Shown piece after piece: positions 48,221-58,880 of a DNA stretch of 64,000 nucleotides (its first letter is position 1; each line of letters opens with the position of its first letter). The translations under genes were made by a program, and so were the position numbers. Where the stretch lies: the NCBI GenBank assembly GCA_963785235.1, contig CAWAUM010000012.1:64001-128000 (forward strand), in the 5' to 3' direction. This DNA comes from an uncultured delta proteobacterium. GTDB taxonomy: Bacteria > Desulfobacterota > Desulfomonilia > UBA1062. The notes under the pieces were generated by a model, which was given only the letters and a program-made list of their open reading frames with translations, ran no database searches and was not told the origin of the DNA.

Positions 48221-49444
48221 CTATCGTACGATGGTGCTCATCTCAAGCATGGGCAGGAGAATGGAGAGCACCACGAAACCTACCAGCGTGCCCATGATAA
48301 CGATCATGAGGGGCTCGATGACCGATGTGAGCCCTGCCACGGTCGTCTCCACATCGCCTTCATAAGACTCGGCGGCCTTCATGAGCATCTCTTCCAAGCT
48401 GCCGCTCTTCTCTCCCACGCTGACCATGTGCACGAGGATGGGCGGGAAAACGCCCGACTTCTTGAGCGGCGCGGCAAGGCTGGAACCATCCATGATCTCG
48501 GTTATGGAATTCTCAATGGCAATCTCCATGATCTTATTCTCGACAACGGTCTTGACAATGCGCAGCGATTCTATGATGGGCACCCCTGATGAAAGCAGCG
48601 TGCCCAGGGTACGGGCAAACCTTGCCACGGATACCTTCTTATAGATGGTGCCGTATACCGGAAAACGCAGCCTGAACCGGTCGAACTTGAAGGCGCCCTT
48701 CTCGGTCTTCCTCCACTTCACGATAAAGACAACGGCAAGGATGATGCCTATGATGATTATCCACCAGGTCCATGAAAGGAAGGTGCTTATGGAGATGAGT
48801 ATCCTCGTGGGCAGCGGCAGGGTCTGCTTCATGCTCTCGAACATGCCCACCACCTTGGGGACCACTGCAGTGAGCAGATACATGAGCACCACGAAAGAGA
48901 TCATAAGCAGGACCGCCGGATAGACCATGGCCGCCCCGATTTTCGCCCTGAGGCGGTGCTGGCCTTCCATGAACTCGGCCAGCCTTAAGAGGACAACATC
49001 CAGGGCGCCGCTCGCCTCACCGGAACGCACCATGTTCACGTACAGCTCCGGGAAAACCCTCTTGTGCTGGGCCAGGGCGTCACCAAAGGACAACCCCTCA
49101 TTTACCGAATCCCTCACCTGGGCAATGGTCTTCTTCATGGCAGGCGAGTCGGTCTGCTCATACAGGGCGCTCAGGGCATCCACTAAGGGGATCGAGGCGC
49201 CGATGAGGGTGGAGAGCTGACGGGTGGTTACTGTCAGGTCCTCCATGCCGACCCGGTCCAGCAGACCCCTCAAGGAGATGTTCTTGAGAGGGCTGGCCAG
49301 TCCGTGGGCCTCTTCGGTTATGGTGCTCACGAACATGCCCTGGGAACGGAGCTTCAGCTTTGCCTCCCGAATGGAGACCGCATCCATCATGCCGGAAGAG
49401 GCCTTCCCCTTCTCGTCGTATCCGTTCCAGGTATACAGTGCCAC
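48221..49444 (-). CDS. gspF: T2SS inner-membrane platform protein GspF
   Basis: RQLSTLIGA, GEASGALD, AMVYP, GEKSGSLE, IEP. Confidence 0.95.
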   Translation of the reverse strand: MALYTWNGYDEKGKASSGMMDAVSIREAKLKLRSQGMFVSTITEEAHGLASPLKNISLRGLLDRVGMEDLTVTTRQLSTLIGASIPLVDALSALYEQTDSPAMKKTIAQVRDSVNEGLSFGDALAQHKRVFPELYVNMVRSGEASGALDVVLLRLAEFMEGQHRLRAKIGAAMVYPAVLLMISFVVLMYLLTAVVPKVVGMFESMKQTLPLPTRILISISTFLSWTWWIIIIGIILAVVFIVKWRKTEKGAFKFDRFRLRFPVYGTIYKKVSVARFARTLGTLLSSGVPIIESLRIVKTVVENKIMEIAIENSITEIMDGSSLAAPLKKSGVFPPILVHMVSVGEKSGSLEEMLMKAAESYEGDVETTVAGLTSVIEPLMIVIMGTLVGFVVLSILLPMLEMSTIVR

Positions 49445-49464
49445 GTTTTTCCCCTTAGACCTTC

Positions 49465-50373
49465 TTACTCAGGCATATCAGCGTCAGGGGTCGGGAATGG
49501 AGCGGGCGCAGGGGCCGCATCCTTGAACTGCGCAAAGTATTTCTCATTGACCTCAACCTTGGCCTTCTTCTTTACCTCTGCCTTGAGGTCACCAATGGCC
49601 TTGTTCACTTTCTCGCGCATGATGAGGTTCTCGATGGATTTCTTTACCTCTTCGTAGGGCCTTTCCTTGCTGGATGCCACCCTTTCGGCCTTGAGTATGT
49701 AAAACCCTTTTGCGGTCTTTACAATGGGGCTGGTCTCGCCTTCCTTCAGGCTGAATACTGCCTTTTCCAGCGCCGGATCCAGCTTGCCGGGAGTAACAAG
49801 GCCGATATCCCCACCCTTGGAGGCTGTCTCGGGATCCTTGGAAAGCTGCTTGGCAAGGTCTTCAAAATTACCGCCTTTTTTAATCTTGTCTGCAGCCGAC
49901 TTGGCTTCCGGCTCGGATGCAAGCATGATCTGCCTTGCAAAGACACGGGTGCGGGCGCCATATTTATCCTGGTGCTCATCATAGTATTTCTTTGTATCAG
50001 CATCGCTCACCTTGATGCCTTTTCTGATATCTTCCTCAAGCTCGCGGGCAAGTGACTGGTCAACAATCAGATCCATCTTGAGCTTGACATCTTCCCTCTT
50101 GTCGATCCCCCGTTTGCGCGCCTCCCAGGCCAGCATCTCCATGCTGACAAAGCCGTCGGCGATCTCCCTGCGGATACGCGCGGCGCCGTAGCGGGCGCTT
50201 ACCTGGGGTGGCAGGTTTTCAAGGAATTTATCAATCTGCTTGCCGGAGATGATCTTGTCACCTACCCTGGCCACCATATCGCCGTCTTTCCCTGAAGCAG
50301 CACCCTTGTCCGACCCGGAACATCCGACCATCATGAACATCACCACCAGAATCAACGACCCGAACTTCTTCAA
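49465..50373 (-). CDS. PpiC/parvulin-type peptidyl-prolyl isomerase lipoprotein
   Basis: Lipobox VGC, FEDLAKQLSKD, GGDIG, IVKTAKGFYIL. Confidence 0.9.
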   Translation of the reverse strand: MKKFGSLILVVMFMMVGCSGSDKGAASGKDGDMVARVGDKIISGKQIDKFLENLPPQVSARYGAARIRREIADGFVSMEMLAWEARKRGIDKREDVKLKMDLIVDQSLARELEEDIRKGIKVSDADTKKYYDEHQDKYGARTRVFARQIMLASEPEAKSAADKIKKGGNFEDLAKQLSKDPETASKGGDIGLVTPGKLDPALEKAVFSLKEGETSPIVKTAKGFYILKAERVASSKERPYEEVKKSIENLIMREKVNKAIGDLKAEVKKKAKVEVNEKYFAQFKDAAPAPAPFPTPDADMPE

Positions 50374-50476
50374 AATATCCTCCTTACCCTTGTCTGTTTA
50401 TTCATTTATCCGTGTATTACCGTTTACGATATCACCAACATTTGTGCATGTCACTACCTTAGCATGCACCTTCTAT

Positions 50477-51124
50477 CTAGACCATGGAAAGAACGGCAAG
50501 CAGGATCCCGGTGCCTACCCTGATAAAGGCCTGATCACCCGTGACCACATTGCTTACGCCGTAGGGCCTCCCGATCTCCATGGATGCCTCTTCAAGCTCA
50601 TACCGGAACCCTCTGAGCGTAATCCCCTCCACCTGTTCGGTAAGCGGAAGAAATGAAACGGTGCGGCCCTTGCTGCCTGTGATTGTCTCGCTGGAACCAA
50701 CGAGGAAAACCTGCTGGGTATCCGATGTGATCCGTGCCGCAATCCCATGGCGCAATGCCTTGCGCAGCAAGTGGATGTTGGCAAGGGTGTGGTCAATACG
50801 GTCACCCATGGCGCCCAGGATCTCCACCCCTTTTGCACCCCGGCCCATGGCCTCATCAAGGGCGATCTCCGTGTCTGTTACGTCCTTGTCTGCATTGACC
50901 CTCTTCATCGCCACACCCAGCCCAGAAAGCCTTTCTGCACTTTCCTGGTCAAGCGAATCCATGTCGCCCACCACGAGCCCGGGCGTTATGCCGCTATCCA
51001 GGCAGTACTGCGCGCCCTTATCCGCGGCAATGATCATGCGGGCCTTCAAGGCCAGGCCACGAAGCAGCTCTTTCCCCGGCGGCTCCCCGCCTGCAACGAT
51101 CAGGAACATAGCGCGTATAAACAT
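50477..51124 (-). CDS. thiN: Thiamine diphosphokinase
   Basis: AADKGA, GDMDS, KDVTDTE, GDRIDH, GVSN. Confidence 0.95.
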   Translation of the reverse strand: MFIRAMFLIVAGGEPPGKELLRGLALKARMIIAADKGAQYCLDSGITPGLVVGDMDSLDQESAERLSGLGVAMKRVNADKDVTDTEIALDEAMGRGAKGVEILGAMGDRIDHTLANIHLLRKALRHGIAARITSDTQQVFLVGSSETITGSKGRTVSFLPLTEQVEGITLRGFRYELEEASMEIGRPYGVSNVVTGDQAFIRVGTGILLAVLSMV

Positions 51125-51394
51125 CTATTGGGCAGGGAAGTCAAGTCAGTGTGTGAGTGGATGGTGCGCTCAGGGCTTGCCCCCTGTCCCTTGCGGGTGC
51201 AGTTTGCAGACGGGATCTCGTTGTTCCATTCATCACCCAACCCATCCAACCCTTTGACAACTTTGCACCTTCGGACTATAAAGGCATTCTAAGAACGCAC
51301 CATGAAATGGAATGCCAGCACGTATGATCGTATTGAGAGGAGGGTCCGGAACAACCACATGCATCCACCCTTATGGGACGGAGTCTGTGCGATA

Positions 51395-52384
51395 TCAGCC
51401 CATGCGGTCGAGCGGGCTCTTCACCGCACCGGCCCCGCGCTGCATGACATGGGTGTAGATCATGGTGGTGTTCAGACTCTTGTGTCCGAGCAGGTCCTGA
51501 ACCGTCCTGATGTCATAACCGTCTTCGAGCAGATGTGTGGCGAAACTGTGCCTGAACGTATGGCACCCGAAATGTTTGACTATTCCCGCTGTCTCACCCG
51601 CTTTCCTGACAGCCTTCTGGATGCATGAAGGACTGACATGGTGGCGCCTCACTACCTGGCTGCGAGGGTCTTTTGATATTGAGAGCGAGGGAAACACATA
51701 TTGCCAGCCCAACTGCCGTGACGCCCCGGGATATTTTCGTTCAAGCGCAAACGGCATGAAGACTGACCCGTACCCCTGCCTGAGATCGTCCTCATGAACG
51801 AGCTTTACCCGGTCAATCTGTTCTTGCAGCAAGATCAGGAGCTTTTCAGGGAGCATAACCACACGGTCTTTGCTCCCCTTACCGTCGAACACGGTGATCT
51901 GATGCATGGCAAAATCGACATCCTTGACCCTGAGCTTACAGCATTCCGTGATCCTGAGCCCGCAGCCGTAGAGCATGCTTACCATGAGCCTGGCGGTACC
52001 TTTCAGGAAGCTCAGGACCTTGGCCACTTCTTCCCGGGACATGACAACAGGGATGCGCAGTGGTCTTTTAGCCCGCACGGCATCAATGGTCTGATCGAGC
52101 TCAATATTGAGAACATCGCGATACAGAAACACAATGGCATTGAAGGCCTGGTTCTGGGTGGAGGAGCTGACCCTTCGGTGCACAGCCAGATGCGTGAGAA
52201 AAACTTCGATCTCTGCCGCTCCCATGGTGCGGGGATGCCGCATATGATGAAAGACAACATACTGTTTGATCCAGGAGAGATAGGTCTTTTCGGTTCTGAT
52301 GGAATAATGTTTGCAGCGCAGTATATTCCTGATCTGATCCGCCAGCTTGATCCCCTCAGGCATCATTCCCTCCTTGACAGGCAA
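51395..52384 (-). CDS. intI: Integron integrase IntI
   Basis: Tyrosine-recombinase residues GLR, GKGSKDR, HTFRH, LLGH and IYTH, plus the integron-specific insert ALERKYP...WQYVFPS. Confidence 0.97.
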   Translation of the reverse strand: MPVKEGMMPEGIKLADQIRNILRCKHYSIRTEKTYLSWIKQYVVFHHMRHPRTMGAAEIEVFLTHLAVHRRVSSSTQNQAFNAIVFLYRDVLNIELDQTIDAVRAKRPLRIPVVMSREEVAKVLSFLKGTARLMVSMLYGCGLRITECCKLRVKDVDFAMHQITVFDGKGSKDRVVMLPEKLLILLQEQIDRVKLVHEDDLRQGYGSVFMPFALERKYPGASRQLGWQYVFPSLSISKDPRSQVVRRHHVSPSCIQKAVRKAGETAGIVKHFGCHTFRHSFATHLLEDGYDIRTVQDLLGHKSLNTTMIYTHVMQRGAGAVKSPLDRMG

Positions 52385-52489
52385 ATCCGGTCAATCACAT
52401 AGTGTTTGATAATGACCTTTTATGAATCAATGTATGTAAGGAGGGATAAACTTGAAAATAACAAATCATCCATCTAAGTCAATCCATAT

Positions 52490-52529
52490 TTTGTTATACC
52501 GAAAAAAGTCTGTATAGTAATCGTTATGC
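52490..52529 (+). other. attI site, crossover G/TTATGC at 52523
   Basis: GTTATGC is the exact complement of the first attC inverse core GCATAAC (52991). Confidence 0.75.
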
Positions 52530-52565
52530 GGATGATCTAGGCACACAAGAATCGGAGCACAGCCA

Positions 52566-52952
52566 ATGAAAGCTGATCAGGCCACACCCAAGAGTATCGA
52601 CGAGTACATCGCTGGCTTTCCGCCCGATGTGCAAAAAGTTCTGACGCTGGTACGAACTACGATAAGAGAAGCCGCGCCTGATGCCGAGGAAACGATCAAG
52701 TATCAAATACCAACGTTCGTTCTGAACGAGAATCTGGTGCACTTCGCAGCGTTCAAGGACCATGTCGGGTTTTATCCAACGCCGTCCGGAATCGAGAAGT
52801 TCAAGGACGAGCTGTCTTCATACGAAGGAGCGAAAGGCTCGGTCCGATTTCCCATCGATAAGCCAATGCCTTTGCGGCTAATAACGAAGATTGTCGCGTT
52901 TAGAGTAAAAGAAGTCCAAGCGAAGACGGCGGCAAAGAAAAGAATGGGATAG
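52566..52952 (+). CDS. Cassette 1: DUF1801/YdhG-family protein
   Basis: SIDEYIA, APDAEETIKYQIPTF, HVGFYP, KGSVRFP. Confidence 0.9.
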   Translation: MKADQATPKSIDEYIAGFPPDVQKVLTLVRTTIREAAPDAEETIKYQIPTFVLNENLVHFAAFKDHVGFYPTPSGIEKFKDELSSYEGAKGSVRFPIDKPMPLRLITKIVAFRVKEVQAKTAAKKRMG

Positions 52953-52990
52953 GGACGATTATGGATTGGTGAAGTACTCGTATTAACCCC

Positions 52991-53932
<942 letters not shown>

Positions 53933-53953
53933 CGCCGAAACAATAACTAGGAG

Positions 53954-54730
53954 ATGATAATGAACAGGATCATGTTTTACACTACGATACTAGCAATTCT
54001 TGCCTTTGTGCCGTCAGCACATAGTGAAGATTTGGATATAGCAAAACTTTTCGATGAGAAAAATTTAAAGGGGACAATCATTATAACCTCACTTGATGGC
54101 AGCAAAACGTACACTCACAATGACGAAAGAGCAAATACCCGTTTTGTTCCCGCATCAACTTTCAAGATACCGAGCACCCTTATTGCTCTTGATGAATCTG
54201 CAGTAGCCAATGAAAATGAAATCATAAAATGGGACGGTAAGGACAAGGGCATACCGGTCTGGAATAAAGACCATTCTATGGAGACAGCCTTTCCTTCTTC
54301 ATGTGTTTGGTTCTATCAGGAGCTTGCCCAGCGAGTGGGAAAAAACAAATATAGTAAGTATTTAAAGAAAATGAAGTATGGCAATGAACAGATTGGCCCG
54401 GAGATAACCACATTTTGGTTAGAAGGGGATCTAAAGATCAGTGCTGCTGAACAGATTACTTTTCTCAAAAAGCTCTATACCAGGGAATACCCATTCAAAT
54501 CTTCTTCATATGAAGTCTTGAGGAATCTTATGGTTATTGAGCGTACTCCAGCATACACCATACGAGCTAAGACTGGATGGTCACAAAAGTTGGGTTGGAT
54601 CGTAGGCTACATCGAGTCTGGTGAGAAGGTATGGTTCTTCGCAACAAACATGGATATCGCAAAACTAGAGGACTGTCATTTTCGGAAAGAGATTACTTTA
54701 GAAGTGTTGAGGTTCAAGGGCATTATTTAA
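53954..54730 (+). CDS. blaOXA: Cassette 3: class D (OXA-type) beta-lactamase
   Basis: Signal peptide; PASTFK, SCV, YGN, FWL, KTGW. Confidence 0.93.
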   Translation: MIMNRIMFYTTILAILAFVPSAHSEDLDIAKLFDEKNLKGTIIITSLDGSKTYTHNDERANTRFVPASTFKIPSTLIALDESAVANENEIIKWDGKDKGIPVWNKDHSMETAFPSSCVWFYQELAQRVGKNKYSKYLKKMKYGNEQIGPEITTFWLEGDLKISAAEQITFLKKLYTREYPFKSSSYEVLRNLMVIERTPAYTIRAKTGWSQKLGWIVGYIESGEKVWFFATNMDIAKLEDCHFRKEITLEVLRFKGII

Positions 54731-54733
54731 TGA

Positions 54734-54790
54734 GCCCAACCAGCAAATCCACCGGACGGCTTTCAGCCGCCGGTGATCAGCACGTTGAGC
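54734..54790 (+). repeat. attC site 3
   Basis: GCCCAAC...ATCCACCGG...CCGGTGAT...GTTGAGC. Confidence 0.9.
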
Positions 54791-54832
54791 ACCATCTTGA
54801 CTTTGAAAGGTAATAGCTGTACAATTGTACGC

Positions 54833-55222
54833 ATGAAAATAGTCGCTGATACAAACGCTTTTATAGCGGTCGCTCTTAACGAGCCGGAAAAGAATACGAT
54901 CATTCGACTTACTGCAGGTTGTGATTTAATTGCACCTGAAGTACTACCTTTTGAGGTTGGAAATGCTCTATCAGCCATGGCTAAAAAAAACATCTTGGAT
55001 AAAAATGAACTGATTTCAGCTTGGGAGATGGTGCAACGTATACCAGTTGAATTACGTCATGTAGATATCAAGTCTGCATTGGGAATATCGCTGAAATTTA
55101 ATATTTACGCATATGATGCTTATTTCCTGGAATGTGCTGTTAGTTTGCGAAGCCCATTAATAACCCTCGATCGAGGCATGAAAAGAGTTGCCTCAAACCT
55201 TGGTATTACAATTTTGGAGTAA
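54833..55222 (+). CDS. Cassette 4: PIN-domain (VapC-like) toxin
   Basis: IVADTNA, FEVGN, YDAYF, TLD. Confidence 0.9.
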   Translation: MKIVADTNAFIAVALNEPEKNTIIRLTAGCDLIAPEVLPFEVGNALSAMAKKNILDKNELISAWEMVQRIPVELRHVDIKSALGISLKFNIYAYDAYFLECAVSLRSPLITLDRGMKRVASNLGITILE

Positions 55223-55446
55223 TGAAAATGAAAGTATATTCATATTCTGAAGCAAGACAGCGTTTTGCCGAGATTCTTAATACCGCACGTAAGGAAGAAG
55301 TAATCATTAAAAGAAGAGGTGGAGAAGCTTTCTCAATCACATTTAGAAGAACTGCCAACTCTCCTTTTGACGTTCCTGGCATTAAGACAAATGCAACCAC
55401 CAAAGATATCCTTGCAGCTGTAAAGGAATCTAGAGAGAGAAAATAG
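55222..55446 (+). CDS. Cassette 4: Phd/YefM-family antitoxin
   Basis: YSYSEARQRFAEILN...VIIKRRG. Confidence 0.88.
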   Translation: MKMKVYSYSEARQRFAEILNTARKEEVIIKRRGGEAFSITFRRTANSPFDVPGIKTNATTKDILAAVKESRERK

Positions 55447-55578
55447 CCGAACAAGCAAATCCAGCGGACCGCAAACCGCGTGAGGGTTTGCTTCTGTCCC
55501 TGCTCCGCTTCACGGCCGTTGGTGATTACTGGCTTGGTGTTCCGTAGTGTTTGCGTCCGCTGATCCGCAGCGTTATGT
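55446..55578 (+). repeat. attC site 4 (long)
   Basis: GCCGAAC...ATCCAGCGGAC...GTCCGCTGAT...GTTATGT. Confidence 0.85.
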
Positions 55579-55614
55579 GTAGTAATTTGAATATATTATT
55601 GGGAGGTCTATATC

Positions 55615-56100
55615 ATGGAAAATCAAATGACAGAATGGGGTGTAGGGCCTAAGTTTACCCTTTATTCAGCTATCTATTGTGTTCTCATGTTTGGGTTGAC
55701 TATGTATTTTGACCCGCTGTTTAAAATCACCTTGATTCCATATCGCATATTGGTATGGATAGGTATTATTCTCATTGTCTTGGGGATTCCTTTTTATCTC
55801 TTTTCTCTTGTCCCTGTCATGCGTGCCTTTAAAGCAAGGCGACTTATTACAAGTGGAGTTTATGGTATGTGTCGCCATCCAGTATATGCAGCTTGGTTGT
55901 TATTCTTTGTACCTAGCATAGCACTGTTCATAAATTCCTGGGCATTCTTGTCTGCTCCTTTTGTGATGTATTTCTTAGTAGGGGCATTGGTTACGAAAGA
56001 AGATATTTATTTAAAGGAAACCTTTGGGCAAGAGTATCTGGCATATAAACATAAGATACCGGCTATCCTGCACTATGGCTGGCTAAAGAGAAACACATAA
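55615..56100 (+). CDS. Cassette 5: isoprenylcysteine carboxylmethyltransferase-family membrane protein
   Basis: LITSGVYGMCRHPVY, KEDIYL..TFGQEY..YK. Confidence 0.88.
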   Translation: MENQMTEWGVGPKFTLYSAIYCVLMFGLTMYFDPLFKITLIPYRILVWIGIILIVLGIPFYLFSLVPVMRAFKARRLITSGVYGMCRHPVYAAWLLFFVPSIALFINSWAFLSAPFVMYFLVGALVTKEDIYLKETFGQEYLAYKHKIPAILHYGWLKRNT

Positions 56101-56146
56101 CCATCCACCGGACGGCTAAAGCCGCCGGTGATGCCGGTCGTTGGAA
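56095..56146 (+). repeat. attC site 5, lacking the 5-bp R''-L'' spacer
   Basis: ACATAAC directly followed by CATCCACCGG...CCGGTGATG...GTTGGAA. Confidence 0.8.
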
Positions 56147-56202
56147 CATAACCTTGAAAAGCATTTGCAGTCTATGTATATGGAAGGTATAATATATATA
56201 CC

Positions 56203-56463
56203 ATGGAATTTGAATTCAATCCGGAGAAGAGTGACAAAAACAAAGATAACCATGGAATTGACTTTTTTGAAGCACAAGCGTTATGGGAAGATCCAGACAT
56301 AATTGAAATTCCAACGAAAACAACAGATGAATCCAGATTTATGGTTATCGGAAAAATTGCAGATAAGCATTTCTCCGGTGTCATAACTTATAGAGGCAAT
56401 ACTGTAAGAATAATCTCTGTACGTAGATCCCGCAGGGAGGAGATTAATATTTATGAAAGCTAA
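56203..56463 (+). CDS. Cassette 6: BrnT-family toxin
   Basis: FEFNPEKSDKNKDNHGIDF...E.R...RIISVRRS. Confidence 0.92.
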   Translation: MEFEFNPEKSDKNKDNHGIDFFEAQALWEDPDIIEIPTKTTDESRFMVIGKIADKHFSGVITYRGNTVRIISVRRSRREEINIYES

Positions 56464-56677
56464 GGAATTTGATGCAAAATTTGATAATAACGAAGATGTT
56501 TCACAATATCTCGATATTTCGAAGGCCAGAAGACCAATCCAAGAACAGAAGCGGGTTAATGTCGACTTTCCTTTATGGATGATTCAACTTCTAGACAAAG
56601 AAGCAAAACGCTTAGGTGTACCAAGGCAGTCTATCATCAAATTATGGGTGGCTGAACGCTTACAAAAAGCATCTTAA
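56453..56677 (+). CDS. Cassette 6: BrnA/CopG-type antitoxin
   Basis: KRVNVDFPLWMIQLLDKEAKRLGVPRQSIIK ribbon-helix-helix. Confidence 0.9.
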   Translation: MKAKEFDAKFDNNEDVSQYLDISKARRPIQEQKRVNVDFPLWMIQLLDKEAKRLGVPRQSIIKLWVAERLQKAS

Positions 56678-56681
56678 GCAG

Positions 56682-56814
56682 TTCCAACCATTCAATCCAC
56701 CAGACCGCAAGCAGCTCGTTGCCCTGCATTCGCCCTTGCCCCGCAACACGCCCTCTGCTGCACTTCTGCTTCCTGCACCGTAATGCTTGCGGCAGGTAAT
56801 CTCTGTCGTTACCC
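56682..56814 (+). repeat. attC site 6 (long)
   Basis: TTCCAAC...CCGCAAGCA...TGCTTGCGG...GTTACCC. Confidence 0.85.
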
Positions 56815-56905
56815 TCAGATTGAATATGCAATCTATAGTTGCATTATGCAACATTTGGATATATAGTGATAGCGTCTTGTAGTAAAGATGTTTGGAGGAA
56901 TTATC

Positions 56906-57124
56906 ATGGCCACAGCAGTAAGAATATCTGAAAAACTTGTGAATGAGGCAAAAAAATTTGGGCGGATTGACCACAGGTCCTTGGCTGGTCAGATCGAGCA
57001 TTGGGCACGTATGGGTAAATGCGCAGAAGAGAATCCCGATTTGCCATACTCTCTCATTAAGGAAATCCTGATTGGGCTGGACGAGTTGGATCAGGACGAG
57101 AAGACCGAATACAAGTTTGGATAG
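56906..57124 (+). CDS. Cassette 7: ParD-like antitoxin
   Basis: AVRISE...HRSLAGQIEHWARMGKCAEENPDLP. Confidence 0.88.
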   Translation: MATAVRISEKLVNEAKKFGRIDHRSLAGQIEHWARMGKCAEENPDLPYSLIKEILIGLDELDQDEKTEYKFG

Positions 57125-57130
57125 TGCGTT

Positions 57131-57412
57131 GTGAAAGTTTACCAGTCAAGATCATTTGAGAAAAAGATTAAGAAAATGACCAAGTCAGAAAAGGATTCGT
57201 TGGATCGCGAAATAAAGAGAATTGCCGATGATCCAAACATAGGGGAAGAAAAGAAAGGTGACCTAAGAGGCGTATTCGTTCACAAGTTCAAACTCAAAAC
57301 AATCCACTATCTGCTCGCCTATCGAAAAGTTGGCGATGATCTGGAACTAGTAATAATCGGGCCTCATGAGAATTACTATCGAGGCTTGAAACAATATTTG
57401 AAAACCCGATAA
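57131..57412 (+). CDS. Cassette 7: RelE/ParE-family toxin
   Basis: PNIGEEKKGDLRGVFVHKF...LLAY...GPHENYY. Confidence 0.9.
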   Translation: MKVYQSRSFEKKIKKMTKSEKDSLDREIKRIADDPNIGEEKKGDLRGVFVHKFKLKTIHYLLAYRKVGDDLELVIIGPHENYYRGLKQYLKTR

Positions 57413-57415
57413 TGC

Positions 57416-57472
57416 GGGTAACCCTCGCATCCACCGGACGGCTAAAGCCGCCGCTGACCTCCAACGTTCGCC
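57416..57472 (+). repeat. attC site 7
   Basis: GGGTAAC...CATCCACCGGACGGCTAAAGCCGCCGCTGA...GTTCGCC. Confidence 0.88.
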
Positions 57473-57542
57473 TTATGAAATTGCATCTTGCCAGGAAAAG
57501 ATCTTGGTAGTACTATTAGTTGTATTATAGGAGGTACCATCA

Positions 57543-57824
57543 ATGTCCAAGGCACCAAAGATTATACCCATTTCAGATCTCAGGCAAAATGCAAGTGATA
57601 TCATTAAGCGTGTTGCATCGTCCCGAGAACCTGTCTTCATTACACAACGGGGGAGAGCCGCTGCCGTAATGGTAAGCATGAAAGATTATGAGTATGCTCA
57701 ACATGAAAATGAAATATTGCGCTTATTAGCACGCGGAGCAAAAGAGATAGAGGCCGGGATCGGCTATGATCTTGATGAAGTACTCAAGGAAGCTGATAAA
57801 ATACTTGATGGTGCAAAATCTTGA
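57543..57824 (+). CDS. Cassette 8: Phd/YefM antitoxin
   Basis: IIPISDLRQ...EPVFITQRGRAAAVM. Confidence 0.92.
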   Translation: MSKAPKIIPISDLRQNASDIIKRVASSREPVFITQRGRAAAVMVSMKDYEYAQHENEILRLLARGAKEIEAGIGYDLDEVLKEADKILDGAKS

Positions 57825-58111
57825 GAATTCTCTTTACACCATCAGCTCGTCTCCAATTTCTAGAAGCGTTTGAGTACATTCGAAAAGACAATCCTTCATC
57901 TGCAGTAGATTTTCGGAAGAAGGCAGAAAAGAGCTTATCACGCTTAATAAAATTTCCTGAATCTGGCAGATTCCTTCCTGAGTTTCAAGATCTCTCATTT
58001 CGTGAAGTAATCGTACAACCTTATAGGTTCTTCTATAAAATAAAGGATGATGTAGTGTGGATTGTTGCTGTATGGCATGGAGCACAGTTACCTCATGTCC
58101 CTGACAAGTAA
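57821..58111 (+). CDS. Cassette 8: ParE/RelE toxin
   Basis: YIRKDNPSSA...FPESGR..PE...REVIV.PYRFFY...VWHGAQ. Confidence 0.92.
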   Translation: MRILFTPSARLQFLEAFEYIRKDNPSSAVDFRKKAEKSLSRLIKFPESGRFLPEFQDLSFREVIVQPYRFFYKIKDDVVWIVAVWHGAQLPHVPDK

Positions 58112-58115
58112 CCAA

Positions 58116-58178
58116 GGCGAACAAATCAATCCAGCTGACCCGGCGCAAGCGCCGGGCAGCTGATCTCTATCGTTATCT
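58116..58178 (+). repeat. attC site 8
   Basis: GGCGAAC...ATCCAGCTG...CAGCTGAT...GTTATCT. Confidence 0.92.
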
Positions 58179-58225
58179 TCTCCGTGCTATTGACAAATAT
58201 GCATGCATGATGCATATTAATGCAT

Positions 58226-58423
58226 ATGAGAACGACATTAAACATTGATACCAATACCTTAAATAAAGCCAGTAAGCTCACGGGGATCAAAGAGAAGACA
58301 GCTTTAGTCCAGCGCGGTCTTGAAGCTCTTATTGCAATAGAGAGCAGCAAAAGGCTCTCAAAACTGGGCGGCACAGAAAAGGAACTCCAGCCTATTTCAC
58401 GGCGCAGACAGTCTGGATCTTGA
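58226..58423 (+). CDS. vapB: Cassette 9: VapB antitoxin
   Basis: MRTTLNID...KTALVQRGLEALI. Confidence 0.9.
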   Translation: MRTTLNIDTNTLNKASKLTGIKEKTALVQRGLEALIAIESSKRLSKLGGTEKELQPISRRRQSGS

Positions 58424-58788
58424 CAATGGTTCTGGTCGACACATCCATCTGGATAGACCATTTTAAAAAAGGGAATGTCTCTCTCGAAAAACTATTGCTC
58501 GACATAAAGGTAATTTGTCATCCCTTTATTATTGGTGAGCTTGCCTGTGGTAACCTTAAGAACAGAAAAGAGATCATCTCACTACTTCATTCCCTTCCTA
58601 TGGCTCCTTCTTTAGAACATGATGAGATCTTGTATTTCATTGAAAGCAAAAAACTCATGGGTCTAGGAATCGGCCTTGTTGACGTGCATTTGCTTGCATC
58701 TGCTCATCTTGTTCATGCCCCTCTATGGACTATTGATAAGAAACTGCTCCATGCTGCAGATGCTCTAGGAATTTCATTCACAAGCTGA
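58420..58788 (+). CDS. vapC: Cassette 9: VapC PIN toxin
   Basis: LVDTSIWID, IGELACG, VDVHLLASA, LWTIDKKL. Confidence 0.92.
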   Translation: MTMVLVDTSIWIDHFKKGNVSLEKLLLDIKVICHPFIIGELACGNLKNRKEIISLLHSLPMAPSLEHDEILYFIESKKLMGLGIGLVDVHLLASAHLVHAPLWTIDKKLLHAADALGISFTS

Positions 58789-58838
58789 AGATAACCCGCC
58801 ACTGCAGCCCCCGGCCGCGGCTGACCGGCACGTTAGTG
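58789..58838 (+). repeat. attC site 9 (short)
   Basis: AGATAAC...CTGCAGC...GCTGACC...GTTAGTG. Confidence 0.75.
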
Positions 58839-58880
58839 CCGTGACCAAATCTATTCACACCCGTAAGGAGATTTTCTGCA

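Noticed and set aside
52385-52520. LexA box or Pc promoter upstream of intI
   Set aside because: No CTGT-N8-ACAG or other LexA motif I can support; promoter matches are weak
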